A stretch of DNA of 64,000 bases from a virus. Lineage: Duplodnaviria > Caudoviricetes. The translations under genes and the position numbers were made by a program. Within the stretch, counting starts at the first letter, position 1; each line of letters starts with the position of its first letter. This document shows, in pieces, positions 53,596-63,211 of the stretch. Location of the stretch: IMG/VR virus record IMGVR_UViG_3300029288_000002, positions 101,308-165,307 of that record; one strand, written 5' to 3'. The notes beneath the pieces were generated by a model. The model did no database searches. It was not told where the DNA came from and worked only from the letters and a program-made list of their open reading frames with translations.

Positions 53596-54225
53596 ATGAG
53601 TAACAATAGTAAAACATTGAACGATATTATAAACGGAAGAACAAAATATTCTATCACTCAATATAATTCTCCTAAAATTATAGGATCAATTTCTAAAATA
53701 TTTGCAGAAAACAGATTTACCTCTTTTGAAGAATATTGTAAATATTATACAAGTAATATTTTAAGTTATGAAAAATTAGAAAAGCTGTCGCTAAAGATAT
53801 ACAATGATGTGGGATTCAACTTTAGTAATATTACATCTTTAGATATTTATAATTATTTGTTTGATTTAATTTTTGTTAAGTCTTGGGAAGGATTTGTCAA
53901 TCGTATAGATAGGGCAATCACATTCCTTACATTACACGAGTATGCCAATATAGAACATGCGATAGAGGATTATGATTACCATTATGCGATTGACTTATTT
54001 GCTACGAAAAACAACAAAGAATTTATTATTCAAGTAAAGCCAAAATCATTTCTCGATCAGTATTACAAATATCATTATTATCAAAACTTAACAAAAAATC
54101 TCAAATATCTAAATGAGAAACAATGCGATTGTTATGTGATTTATTTGTTTGATACTGGTAAAACATTTATGCCAAAAGTCTATAGCAAAGAAGGACTAAT
54201 AAAGGAGATAAATGCAAACAAATAA
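53596..54225 (+). CDS. MjaI-like type II restriction endonuclease
   Basis: EEY..YY, KSWEG, D..YAIDL, IQVKP.SF; own promoter 53502-53530; overlaps the MTase gene. Confidence 0.6.
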   Translation: MSNNSKTLNDIINGRTKYSITQYNSPKIIGSISKIFAENRFTSFEEYCKYYTSNILSYEKLEKLSLKIYNDVGFNFSNITSLDIYNYLFDLIFVKSWEGFVNRIDRAITFLTLHEYANIEHAIEDYDYHYAIDLFATKNNKEFIIQVKPKSFLDQYYKYHYYQNLTKNLKYLNEKQCDCYVIYLFDTGKTFMPKVYSKEGLIKEINANK

Positions 54226-54940
54226 CCTATATTTAGGCGATTGCTTAAATGTAATGAAAGATTTTTCAGATGGTTTGTTTGATATGATTTTGTGTGATCC
54301 GCCATTCGGAACTACTTGTTTGGAATGGGATTCTGCAATTGACTTTTCTAAAATGTGGGTTGAATTAAAACGTATATCTAAATCAAATGCTGCGATCCTG
54401 TTGTTTGCAGCTAATCCCTTTGACAAACCTTTGGCTTGCTCAAATATTGAAATGTACAAGTATGATTGGATTTGGCTAAAGGAGCAGGGCAGCGGGCAAC
54501 TAAATTCAAAAAAACAACCTTTGCGTAAACACGAAAATATTTTAGTGTTTTACAAAAAACAGCCAATATACAATCCGCAATTTACACAGGGAAAACCATA
54601 TTCAATCAAGCGCAATATAAAAACTGAGGGATTGTTGCTATATAACGGAATAGCAAAAGAAACTGAAACTATTAGTAACGGTGACAGATACCCGACAAGC
54701 GAATTGCGCTTTAATAGGGAGTTGTCACATCGCTATCATCCAACGCAAAAGCCAGTATTATTATTAGAATATTTAATTAATACATACACCAACGATGGTA
54801 TGAAAGTTTTAGATTTTACTATGGGAAGTGGAAGTACTGGCGTTGCGTGTAAATACACAAACAGAGATTTTTATGGCATTGAAAAAGAAGAACGCTACTT
54901 CAATATAGCCAAAAAAAGAATTGAAGAAGGGCTATTATAA
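54212..54940 (+). CDS. DNA methyltransferase, N6/N4 beta class
   Basis: GDCL, CDPPF, HPTQKP, VLDFTMGSGSTG. Confidence 0.9.
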   Translation: MQTNNLYLGDCLNVMKDFSDGLFDMILCDPPFGTTCLEWDSAIDFSKMWVELKRISKSNAAILLFAANPFDKPLACSNIEMYKYDWIWLKEQGSGQLNSKKQPLRKHENILVFYKKQPIYNPQFTQGKPYSIKRNIKTEGLLLYNGIAKETETISNGDRYPTSELRFNRELSHRYHPTQKPVLLLEYLINTYTNDGMKVLDFTMGSGSTGVACKYTNRDFYGIEKEERYFNIAKKRIEEGLL

Positions 54941-55321
54941 TAAACTTGTCTGTTTTTTGATTGGAGGGAAATGGAAAAACCATATACTATTTGCTCTTGT
55001 TTTACAAGTTGTGGAAATAAGTTTTTGCTTTTTTGGGACTTATATAAGGATAATAACCATGAATGAAGCAGATATGTTTTGGTCTATAGTTCTTGTATTT
55101 GGACAAGCGGCAATAGCATATTATTGCGCAAAATTGATTGCTTTTTTGATTATTGACAAATGGCAAAGCCATATAATATCCAAACGAGACGAAAGACCGA
55201 AGGAATATCAAAACAATATTCTATTAAAATATAAAAATGGCAGCGCATGGGGTGAAACAAAGAATATTAGAAAAGAGCAGTGCGAAATGTATTCTAAGTG
55301 TAATACAAAGTCTGAGTTATA

Positions 55322-56146
55322 ATGTCTCAATATCTAAAAACTCCTTTGCGTTATCCTGGCGGAAAGAGTCGCGCAATAGACTCTATTCTCAAATATATTC
55401 CTCGTAATGCTAAAAACTACATATTTCCTTTTTGTGGTGGCTGTTCTATTGAATTAGCCACTTTCAATCTAATCAGTAAACACGTTTACGCTTATGACTT
55501 ATTCCCACCACTTGTCAACTTTTGGCAATCTTTGACAAAATATAACAATAAACTAATAAAAGTAATAGAGTCTCTATACCCTTTATCTAAAGAAAAGTTT
55601 TATGAGTTACAAGAAACAAGTGTTGATATGGATGACAAGATTATGCAAGGGGCTTGCTTTTATGCACTAAACAGATGTTCATTTTCAGGAACGACTCATA
55701 GCGGAGGTTATTCGCAAGAAGCTGCAGATAAACGGTTTACCAGACACGGGATTGAAATGTTACAACTTTTTAACGGGATTGATTTCAATGTAGAGCTAAT
55801 GGATTACAAAGAAAGCATAGAAAAGCACACGGACTCTTGGGGATATTATGATCCGCCCTACCTTATCGGTAGTAACTATATCTATGGTTTTTCTGGTCAC
55901 CTGCATAAGCAATTTAGCCATACTGACTTTCATAATTTAATATCTAATAAAGAACATTGGTTATTGAGTTATAACGACTGTACTGAAATACGCGAACTGT
56001 ACAAAGATCATAAAATAATTACACCTTCTTGGTTATATGGTATGGGAGAAGAGAAGGAGTCTAAAGAAGTATTAATATTCAGCAAGGATATACCAAAAGA
56101 TGTTAGTAAACAAAGAGTTTCTTATCAGCAAAGAGGACTTTACTAA
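55322..56146 (+). CDS. Dam-family (D12) DNA adenine methyltransferase
   Basis: PLRYPGGKSR, PFCGG.S, NR.SFSG, YDPPY, LSYND. Confidence 0.9.
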   Translation: MSQYLKTPLRYPGGKSRAIDSILKYIPRNAKNYIFPFCGGCSIELATFNLISKHVYAYDLFPPLVNFWQSLTKYNNKLIKVIESLYPLSKEKFYELQETSVDMDDKIMQGACFYALNRCSFSGTTHSGGYSQEAADKRFTRHGIEMLQLFNGIDFNVELMDYKESIEKHTDSWGYYDPPYLIGSNYIYGFSGHLHKQFSHTDFHNLISNKEHWLLSYNDCTEIRELYKDHKIITPSWLYGMGEEKESKEVLIFSKDIPKDVSKQRVSYQQRGLY

Positions 56147-56675
56147 GTGTGCTAAATTTGCAAAAGATGTAATTGCTACAAATTCAATCTATGCGCAAAG
56201 AGGACAAACCGATGTTGCAAGAATAATGCTTCAAATTATTACAGGTAAAATGGGAGAGCTTGCTGCGAGAAATTATCTTATGGGTTTAGGAAAAAAGTGT
56301 AGCGATGTTGATTTTAGTATAACTAAAAACGGTAAGTCTTTTGATGCAGATTTGGTTACTGAAAACAAAAACGTTCACGTAAAAAGTCAGGACATCCAAT
56401 CAGCAAACATTTTTGGTTTATCCTGGACATTTCAATGGGGAGGTGATGGTAAAGGAAATGTTGATACGAAAATATTTAATACATATAGTCAGACTGACGC
56501 TGTTATTTTTTGCTTAGTTAATGTAGAGACTCTGACAGTAGAAGTGAAAGCCGCGAATCATGTTAGTTGGTTGCACAAGAATAATTTATTCAAAGAACCG
56601 ACTAAAGAGAATTTGAAAGGCAAAAAGAAAGTTGTGTTTTATTCGGATATAGAGAAATTATCAAAAGGAGTGTGA
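56100..56675 (+). CDS. putative restriction endonuclease (PD-(D/E)XK variant)
   Basis: GKMGE, FDADL, VHVKSQ; overlaps the Dam-family gene. Confidence 0.55.
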   Translation: MLVNKEFLISKEDFTKCAKFAKDVIATNSIYAQRGQTDVARIMLQIITGKMGELAARNYLMGLGKKCSDVDFSITKNGKSFDADLVTENKNVHVKSQDIQSANIFGLSWTFQWGGDGKGNVDTKIFNTYSQTDAVIFCLVNVETLTVEVKAANHVSWLHKNNLFKEPTKENLKGKKKVVFYSDIEKLSKGV

Positions 56676-56678
56676 AAA

Positions 56679-56948
56679 TTGGAAGAAATTGAAAAACCAG
56701 TGTTTTATTTAGTGTCTAAAGTTGGCTGTGTTCCCTGCCGCAATATAAAAATGATTCTTAGTGCTTTGTCTGTAGCTAAGTCGGTGGATTTTGTATATAT
56801 TGATGCTAAAGATGATGCTGAATTTATTGAAAAGAATCATATTATTGGTGTACCAACTTTAGTTAGAAAGAATGATAATGCTAAGTTTATTGGTTTACCA
56901 AAAGAGGAAAAATATGCTGATTTAGTTAAATTCTTGGAGGGGAAATAA
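56679..56948 (+). CDS. thioredoxin/glutaredoxin
   Basis: CVPC and cis-Pro motif GVPTL; directly upstream of RNR. Confidence 0.8.
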   Translation: MEEIEKPVFYLVSKVGCVPCRNIKMILSALSVAKSVDFVYIDAKDDAEFIEKNHIIGVPTLVRKNDNAKFIGLPKEEKYADLVKFLEGK

Positions 56949-56951
56949 TAT

Positions 56952-59327
56952 ATGAAGTTCCCAATTGAAAAACATTTCAAATTGTCTGAATCTTTTTTAG
57001 AGGAATATAAAACAAAGTCTGTAGCCTGGGGTTTCAATGGACTTGGAGGAATCATTTACTACAGAACTTATAGTCGTCTATTGGAAGATGGTAAAAATGA
57101 AGAATGGTGGCAAACTGTTCGCCGCGTAGTAGAGGGAATTTATAGCATCCAGTGGCAACATATAGACGACTATCAATTAGGCTGGAATCAAGCTAAAGCC
57201 AAACGTAGTGCTGAGATCATGTATGATAGAATCTTCAATATGAAATTCTTACCAGCAGGTCGTTCTTTATGGGCGATGGGCGCACCTGTGATTATGGATA
57301 AAGGATTAGCAGAAGCGTTGTTTAACTGTGCTTTCCTGAGTACTGAAAACATTAAAGAAGAACCAGGCAAGGTATTTGCAAATTGCATGGATTTTGAAAT
57401 GTGTGGAATAGGAGCAGGAATCAATCTTGAAGGATCAGACAAAATAAAAATCAAACAACCTTCTGGAAAGAAACAGATTTATATTATTCCTGATTCTCGT
57501 GAAGGCTGGGTCGAATCGCTTAGAATTCTAATCAATTCCTATTTTGGTTTATATTCAGAAGTCGAGTTCGATTATAGCCAGATTAGACCAGAAGGTTTGC
57601 CACTTAAAACCTTTGGCGGAATCTCAAGCGGATATAAACCATTAGAAGAGTTGCATGTTTTTGTTCGCAAAACACTTGATGAGAATATCGGAAAACCTCT
57701 ATCCCAGAGAATTATTGCGGATATTGCTAATAATATTGGGAAAACTGTTGTAGCAGGCAATGTCCGTAGAAGTAGTGAAATTATTTTAGGTGATTATCAC
57801 TCACAAGAGTTTTTAAATCTAAAGAATTTTGACGTATATCCAGAAAGACAATCTTTTTCTTGGGCAAGCAATAATTCGATTTACGCAGATTTAGGAATGG
57901 ATTACAAACCATATACGGATTCAATTGTAAAATCGGGCGATCCGGGGTTTGTGTGGATAAAGAATGCACAAGATTATGGTAGAATGCGCGAGACAGAGAA
58001 AACAAAAAAAGACTTTCGCGTTGAAGGAGTGAATCCTTGCTTTTCAGGTGATTCTCTATTGCTAACAAAAAACGGGTATGTTGAAATAAGAGAATTGGAA
58101 GGAAAATCATTTGATATAATTAATGGATGGACTGGTACATATAGTTTGGGAAGTGTTACTAAAACTGGCGTCAAAAAAACAATCACCTTGTTTTTTGACA
58201 ATGGTAAAACTTTACGATGCACGCCCGAACATATTATCTATTGTGTAGATAATTTTACAAGTATTGAAGCAAAAGATTCCCTTCATAAAAATATAAGAGT
58301 ATTTCACGAAGATAAATCGGAAGTTGTCGAAATAAAAGAAAATGAGGAAGAAGAAGTTTACGATTTTAGCATTACTGACGCGCTTTTGCCGCATTGGGGT
58401 GTAGTGAATGGATTTGTTGTGCATAATTGCGGTGAAATCTTCCTTGAAAATGGAGAACTCTGCAACCTTGTGGAAACATTTCCAAATAAGCATGAAAATC
58501 TTGAAGATTATCTGACTACACTTAAATATGCTTATCTATATGCTAAAACAATTACGCTTTTAAATACAAGTTGGTCTGGCACAAATAGGGTTATGCTGCG
58601 TAACCGTAGGCTTGGAATTTCAGTTAGCGGTATTGCCCAATTTATCGCCAATCATAGTATGGGAGAATTGAAGTCTTGGATGGAAGAAGGGTATAATACC
58701 GTATCACGATATGATAAAGTCTATAGCTCTTGGTTCTGTATACCCGAAAGCATAAAACTAACAACTGTCAAGCCTTCCGGTACTGTATCTTTGCTAAACG
58801 GAAGTACACCAGGAATCCACACTGCCGAAAGTCGTTATTATATTAGGCGCGTTAGAATAGCTAACAATTCTCAACTTATAGCTCCACTGTTAGAAGCAGG
58901 GTATACAATTGAACCTTGCGTTGGGCAAGAGGATGTTACAAGTGTTGTAGAAATTCCAGTTGATGCCGGTGAAGGTGTCCGTGAAATTAAAGACGTGAGC
59001 ATGTGGGAACAATTGAGCTTGGCTGCATTTATGCAAGAAAACTGGTCTGATAATGGAGTATCAGTTACCGTAACATTTGATCCACAAACAGAAGCCAAAG
59101 ACTTGCACAAGGCATTAAATTATTTCCAGTATAAATTAAAGGGCGTTTCTTTCTTAGCGAGATTGGATTATGGCATATATCCTCAAATGCCATATGAAAC
59201 TATTACTAAAGAAAAATATGAAGAATTAAGCGCAAAACTTACACCTGTAGATTTTAGTACAATGTATGCTAAGGATAGCGATAAGGAAAATGAAAAGTAT
59301 TGCACCAACGATACTTGTGCTTTATAA
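56952..59327 (+). CDS. nrdJ: class II (AdoCbl) ribonucleoside-triphosphate reductase, intein-containing
   Basis: RTYSR, PAGR.LW, FNC, GNVRRS, NPC|GE, CNL.E, TTVKPSGT, C-terminal C...TC. Confidence 0.93.
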   Translation: MKFPIEKHFKLSESFLEEYKTKSVAWGFNGLGGIIYYRTYSRLLEDGKNEEWWQTVRRVVEGIYSIQWQHIDDYQLGWNQAKAKRSAEIMYDRIFNMKFLPAGRSLWAMGAPVIMDKGLAEALFNCAFLSTENIKEEPGKVFANCMDFEMCGIGAGINLEGSDKIKIKQPSGKKQIYIIPDSREGWVESLRILINSYFGLYSEVEFDYSQIRPEGLPLKTFGGISSGYKPLEELHVFVRKTLDENIGKPLSQRIIADIANNIGKTVVAGNVRRSSEIILGDYHSQEFLNLKNFDVYPERQSFSWASNNSIYADLGMDYKPYTDSIVKSGDPGFVWIKNAQDYGRMRETEKTKKDFRVEGVNPCFSGDSLLLTKNGYVEIRELEGKSFDIINGWTGTYSLGSVTKTGVKKTITLFFDNGKTLRCTPEHIIYCVDNFTSIEAKDSLHKNIRVFHEDKSEVVEIKENEEEEVYDFSITDALLPHWGVVNGFVVHNCGEIFLENGELCNLVETFPNKHENLEDYLTTLKYAYLYAKTITLLNTSWSGTNRVMLRNRRLGISVSGIAQFIANHSMGELKSWMEEGYNTVSRYDKVYSSWFCIPESIKLTTVKPSGTVSLLNGSTPGIHTAESRYYIRRVRIANNSQLIAPLLEAGYTIEPCVGQEDVTSVVEIPVDAGEGVREIKDVSMWEQLSLAAFMQENWSDNGVSVTVTFDPQTEAKDLHKALNYFQYKLKGVSFLARLDYGIYPQMPYETITKEKYEELSAKLTPVDFSTMYAKDSDKENEKYCTNDTCAL
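58038..58427 (+). mobile_element. 130-aa mini-intein in NrdJ, no endonuclease domain
   Basis: Starts CFSGDS, block B LRCTPEH, block F VYDF, ends VVHN before Cys(+1)GE. Confidence 0.92.
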
Positions 59328-59345
59328 ATAGGCATGGCATAAAAA

Positions 59346-59370
59346 TTACCCTCTCATAACGAGAGGGTAA
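59346..59370. terminator. hairpin after nrdJ
   Basis: TTACCCTCTC-ATAAC-GAGAGGGTAA. Confidence 0.55.
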
Positions 59371-59434
59371 ACTGCTACTTGACAAAAGAATGAATATGGA
59401 GTATACTGATAATATACTAAGATAAGGAGAAGAC

Positions 59435-59836
59435 ATGAGCGTACAAATTGATATGCACTTTACAATATTCGGCAATTGGAAAACCCATGAAATTTTAGTT
59501 GATGTTTTTAATAATTTGTTTGAAAACAAATCTTCTTTTAAAATTGTAGAAAACAAAATAGTTTCGGTTGGCTTAAATGATCTTACTGACAATGAAATTG
59601 CTAATATTAAACGAATTTGTTCAATCTTTGATCTTTGTTTTTTGATGTATTGGATGGAAGAGTCACAAGGATATGGATATATTGTAGAATATGCCCCCTC
59701 TGATCTTTATTGTAAAATGGAATTTTCTGATTTCAAAAATTGGAAAAACGAAAAAGAAATTGTTGATTTTCTTAATTTGAACGATTTCTATGATTTACCA
59801 AAAGAAGAAAACACGGAATATGATTCGCCGTTTTGA
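59435..59836 (+). CDS. extra partner-type protein of cassette C2 (paralogue of 59894)
   Basis: MSVQID..T.FG, L.FL..W....GYG....Y.P.D...KME shared with 59894; promoter 59379-59407. Confidence 0.65.
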   Translation: MSVQIDMHFTIFGNWKTHEILVDVFNNLFENKSSFKIVENKIVSVGLNDLTDNEIANIKRICSIFDLCFLMYWMEESQGYGYIVEYAPSDLYCKMEFSDFKNWKNEKEIVDFLNLNDFYDLPKEENTEYDSPF

Positions 59837-59893
59837 TCTCCAAATAAACCTTTTATTTGGAAAATAAACACAAGAGTCAAAGGAGAAGCAAAT

Positions 59894-60292
59894 ATGAGTG
59901 TACAGATTGACAGCGGGATAACCTTATTTGGTAAAACACCAACAGCAGAAGATTTATCTAAAATAAATAGTGTATTCAAAAAGTTTAATTCTAAAGATGG
60001 TGTGTTTGAGATTGAGGATAATAAAATAAAACAAAAGTCAGGCTGTTTCTATAATTTACCTGATGAAATGGTTACTAAAACTTGGGAGTTGTCTAAAGAA
60101 TTAGGACTATATTTTCTTCTCACTTGGTTTAACAATGACTTGGGATACGGTCGTGTTTTATATTATCCTGATGGCGACTATACAAAAATGGAAAGTCGCG
60201 TTATTATTCCTATGATACCTTTAGATTCTTTTTTGCTTCTTTGTAATTTACAAAAAGAATATAATAAAAAGGAAGTAACTGATGTCATCTAA
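59894..60292 (+). CDS. partner protein of nuclease cassette C2
   Basis: RBS; overlaps the nuclease start. Confidence 0.65.
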   Translation: MSVQIDSGITLFGKTPTAEDLSKINSVFKKFNSKDGVFEIEDNKIKQKSGCFYNLPDEMVTKTWELSKELGLYFLLTWFNNDLGYGRVLYYPDGDYTKMESRVIIPMIPLDSFLLLCNLQKEYNKKEVTDVI

Positions 60293-60881
60293 CATTGATT
60301 TCTTAGCAGAACTGAATTTTGGTAAACAAGGGCAAGACTTTCTTATAAATTATTTAGAAAAGAATTATAATTTAATATTTGTCGCTGGTGAAAGATTCGG
60401 GGATGTAATAAACATAGAATTTATCGAACAACTTGAACACGGAGAATTTATACCTGCTAAAATGACATACCCCGGTCACGGGCCTCAATTGAAACTATTT
60501 GGGGAATATGGTGAAGAAACATTGACTTTGCCTGATTTTTTGATGAGAGACAATTCGGACGAAAGTCTATATTGGGCTGAAGTAAAAAGACATCATAATG
60601 ATAGCAATAGCATTTGGATAGATGAAAAAAGCTATGATGATTATGTGTCTTTTTATCAAAACTATACCCATAAAAAGTTATTAGTATATTGTATAAACCC
60701 AATAAATAAAGAACAAACACTTGTTAATATTTATTATTGTCTTATTTCCAATTTAATTGTTACTAATTGTTCCACCATATTATATGACGATTATGGAAAA
60801 AAGAAATACATATGGAAAATTTTTAAAACAATGAAAAAGCTAAACAATCATCCGATTTTATTTTCTGATTATTTGGAGTAA
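60282..60881 (+). CDS. PD-(D/E)XK nuclease, cassette C2
   Basis: FGKQGQD..INYLEK, LPDFLM, YWAEVKRHH. Confidence 0.7.
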   Translation: MSSNIDFLAELNFGKQGQDFLINYLEKNYNLIFVAGERFGDVINIEFIEQLEHGEFIPAKMTYPGHGPQLKLFGEYGEETLTLPDFLMRDNSDESLYWAEVKRHHNDSNSIWIDEKSYDDYVSFYQNYTHKKLLVYCINPINKEQTLVNIYYCLISNLIVTNCSTILYDDYGKKKYIWKIFKTMKKLNNHPILFSDYLE

Positions 60882-61288
60882 AATGGATACTACAACAAAA
60901 ATGTTTTATAGTGCAATTCAAGACGATGTTTTTACAACACTTCTTTTGGTAATGTTAGATGTGAAAAACAAACAAGTAACTTCTTTAACTATTGGAAAAG
61001 CAAAAAGTGTTACGGGTTTCTTTTCTGAACTTGGGGAATCTAATACTTGGCTTCAAATGGTTGCTGGTACAAATCCTGAAGGTTTAGATGATTTATGGAT
61101 GACTCGATTAAAAGAAGAACTGGACAGCGAGTTTCTTGAAACAGAAGAACTAAATAAAACTAATCTTGAATTTGATCAGTTTAACAAAAGCAATAAGCAA
61201 AATACTAAACCCAATCTAATGTATATTCCGGTATATGGCGAAAATGGGGAAATCTATTCTAAACAATTGTACCCAAAAGGAGACTCAA

Positions 61289-62323
61289 ATGACTAAACCA
61301 AAAGTACATGCAATCCGCAACAATAACACTGAACATTGTCTTGAAATTCTAAACGATAATGATGAATGGATAAAATTAGACGAACATGATTGGATTTATG
61401 TTTATGAACTCGACGGGTATATGAGTACACAAGAATATGCGCATTTCTATAATATTCCTTTTGTATATACTAATATATGTACAATTCCATATTCGGAAGT
61501 AGCAAGAATAGAGCCTCACGAATATAGTAGTGCAAATTCATCTAACATTAAATACTATTTAGATGATTATGATAATGTTCTAAATCTTCGTGGTGAAATT
61601 ATTGGAAGAAAATGCGATTATTTTTCAAATGATCCCCGACACAAACTCTATTTGCATTATACTCCTGTTGATGTTCAATCATTAGCACAAGCAATTAATA
61701 TGGCTAATTCGAGTTATACTATAACACTTAATAATAAACCGCCTTCTTCTGATACATGCCTGTTAAATTCAAAGGATTTATGGGTTCAATATGACCCTAC
61801 TTTGAGATTTCAACCTAAAAATTATCAATGGGTAGAAGTAATTGACCAAAATCATGTCAAACTTGATAATAAAAGTTACTTTTTATGGGATGATATTCTT
61901 GAAGTCAAGTTTGTAAAATTAAACAAAACAGCAATAACTCCAACTCGCAAACACGCAACTGACGCGGGATTAGATTTCTATACTCCTTTAGACTACACTG
62001 ACACTTATATTCAACCTAACAACTTTATTCTTGTACACACGGGTATTGCTATTGAAACACCAAAAGGTTATATGCTAAAGTTATTAGATAACGGTAAAGC
62101 TATTGCAATAACTGGTAGCGGTGTAGTAGACGCTGGTTATGAAGGAGAAATTGTAGTAAAAATGTATAACACTACTGATACTGTTATTAGAGTTAGTGCT
62201 AATCAAAAGATTTGTCAAGGGGTTTATATTCCAATTGCTACACCAAAAGTAAAAGAGGTAACACTGGAAGAATTTAGAACAAATAGTGATCGCGGTACAA
62301 CCGGCGGTATTCATAATCTGTAA
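61289..62323 (+). CDS. dut: trimeric dUTPase with ~200-aa N-terminal extension
   Basis: DAGLDF, TGIAI, GVVDAGYEGEI, ICQG, RG.TGG. Confidence 0.85.
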   Translation: MTKPKVHAIRNNNTEHCLEILNDNDEWIKLDEHDWIYVYELDGYMSTQEYAHFYNIPFVYTNICTIPYSEVARIEPHEYSSANSSNIKYYLDDYDNVLNLRGEIIGRKCDYFSNDPRHKLYLHYTPVDVQSLAQAINMANSSYTITLNNKPPSSDTCLLNSKDLWVQYDPTLRFQPKNYQWVEVIDQNHVKLDNKSYFLWDDILEVKFVKLNKTAITPTRKHATDAGLDFYTPLDYTDTYIQPNNFILVHTGIAIETPKGYMLKLLDNGKAIAITGSGVVDAGYEGEIVVKMYNTTDTVIRVSANQKICQGVYIPIATPKVKEVTLEEFRTNSDRGTTGGIHNL

Positions 62324-62339
62324 ATAAATTTTGATATAA

Positions 62340-62371
62340 AAATAAGGTAGTCTTTTTGACTACCTTATTTT
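62340..62371. terminator. bidirectional terminator between convergent arms
   Basis: AAATAAGGTAGTC-TTTTT-GACTACCTTATTT. Confidence 0.8.
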
Positions 62372-62379
62372 CTATTTAA

Positions 62380-62979
62380 CTAAATTCCATAGGTATTATT
62401 TGGCCCAATAGCCATCCAATTTACTACCAAGTCCGAATCAGCAGTATCAGTTATAAATGTGACTGTAGTAGCAGTAGTTTCTGTTATAGTTGCAACATAT
62501 GTGATTGGTGAAACACCAGCAATACTAACAGTTTGCAAAAACACTAATGGAGCATAACTATATGCTACAGGGAATGTAACAGTATGTGTGGTTGTAATTG
62601 GTTTTGCAACTCCTACCTGAATTTTGGTAGTATTTAAACCACTCAGGGCATATACCTCCGGAGTACCAACGACATTCCAATTTGGCTCAAGCTCACATCC
62701 TTGTCTTGCTAAAAAAGTATTGGGTAAAACATTTTCTGTTCTTCCCCAACCACCAGCATATGAGGTATCCCATGACCATTCTTGAGTAGTACCATCGGTC
62801 ATTTTAATAATAACTGTGGTGTCTGTGTCTGCATAATTTACGGCATCAAAGTCCGCATATTCAACATATTTTATAGCGCGTTCCGTATCAACTCCTACCT
62901 CGTTTAATGTTACTTCTGCTTCGCCACCGGTTGTTACATCGGATACTATTTTAGCAGAATCATAAGTTTTAATTGCCAT
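62380..62979 (-). CDS. putative tail fibre/virion protein with C-terminal H-type-lectin/gp53-like domain
   Basis: IQVG...VTFPVAY..AP.V...VNWMAIG; Thr-rich. Confidence 0.55.
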   Translation of the reverse strand: MAIKTYDSAKIVSDVTTGGEAEVTLNEVGVDTERAIKYVEYADFDAVNYADTDTTVIIKMTDGTTQEWSWDTSYAGGWGRTENVLPNTFLARQGCELEPNWNVVGTPEVYALSGLNTTKIQVGVAKPITTTHTVTFPVAYSYAPLVFLQTVSIAGVSPITYVATITETTATTVTFITDTADSDLVVNWMAIGPNNTYGI

Positions 62980-63203
62980 TACATTGTACCTCCATACCAA
63001 ATAGCATCAGATTTCCAAATACCAAGTTCTCTCCAAAAGCCTACCTGAGACCCTAATCTTTCAACAGTATATTGTAATATCCAGGGATATAAAAAGCTCG
63101 GAAGACCAGGAGAATACATTGACAATTCTTTGTCTGGCACAAAACTAATATTCGTATCTTTAAAATTATTAAATGCAATATTGCGTGTACAAGATTCTGC
63201 CAT
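62979..63203 (-). CDS. small hypothetical protein
   Basis: RBS AAGGAG on the minus strand; part of a contiguous minus-strand operon. Confidence 0.5.
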   Translation of the reverse strand: MAESCTRNIAFNNFKDTNISFVPDKELSMYSPGLPSFLYPWILQYTVERLGSQVGFWRELGIWKSDAIWYGGTM

Positions 63204-63211
63204 GTTACTCC

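Noticed and set aside
2692-59407. About 20 CTTGACAA repeats as a novel element
   Set aside because: Explained as ordinary sigma70 -35 boxes, each with a TATAMT-like box 16-18 bp downstream.
569-60720. Minus-strand ORFs in the ORF track before 62.3 kb (e.g. 47263, 47947, 33513, 30473)
   Set aside because: Antisense shadows of well-supported + strand genes or tRNAs, with no recognisable motifs.
37296-60881. Diversity-generating retroelement behind the nuclease paralogues
   Set aside because: No reverse transcriptase and no adenine-specific template/variable repeat pair; divergence is spread across the genes.
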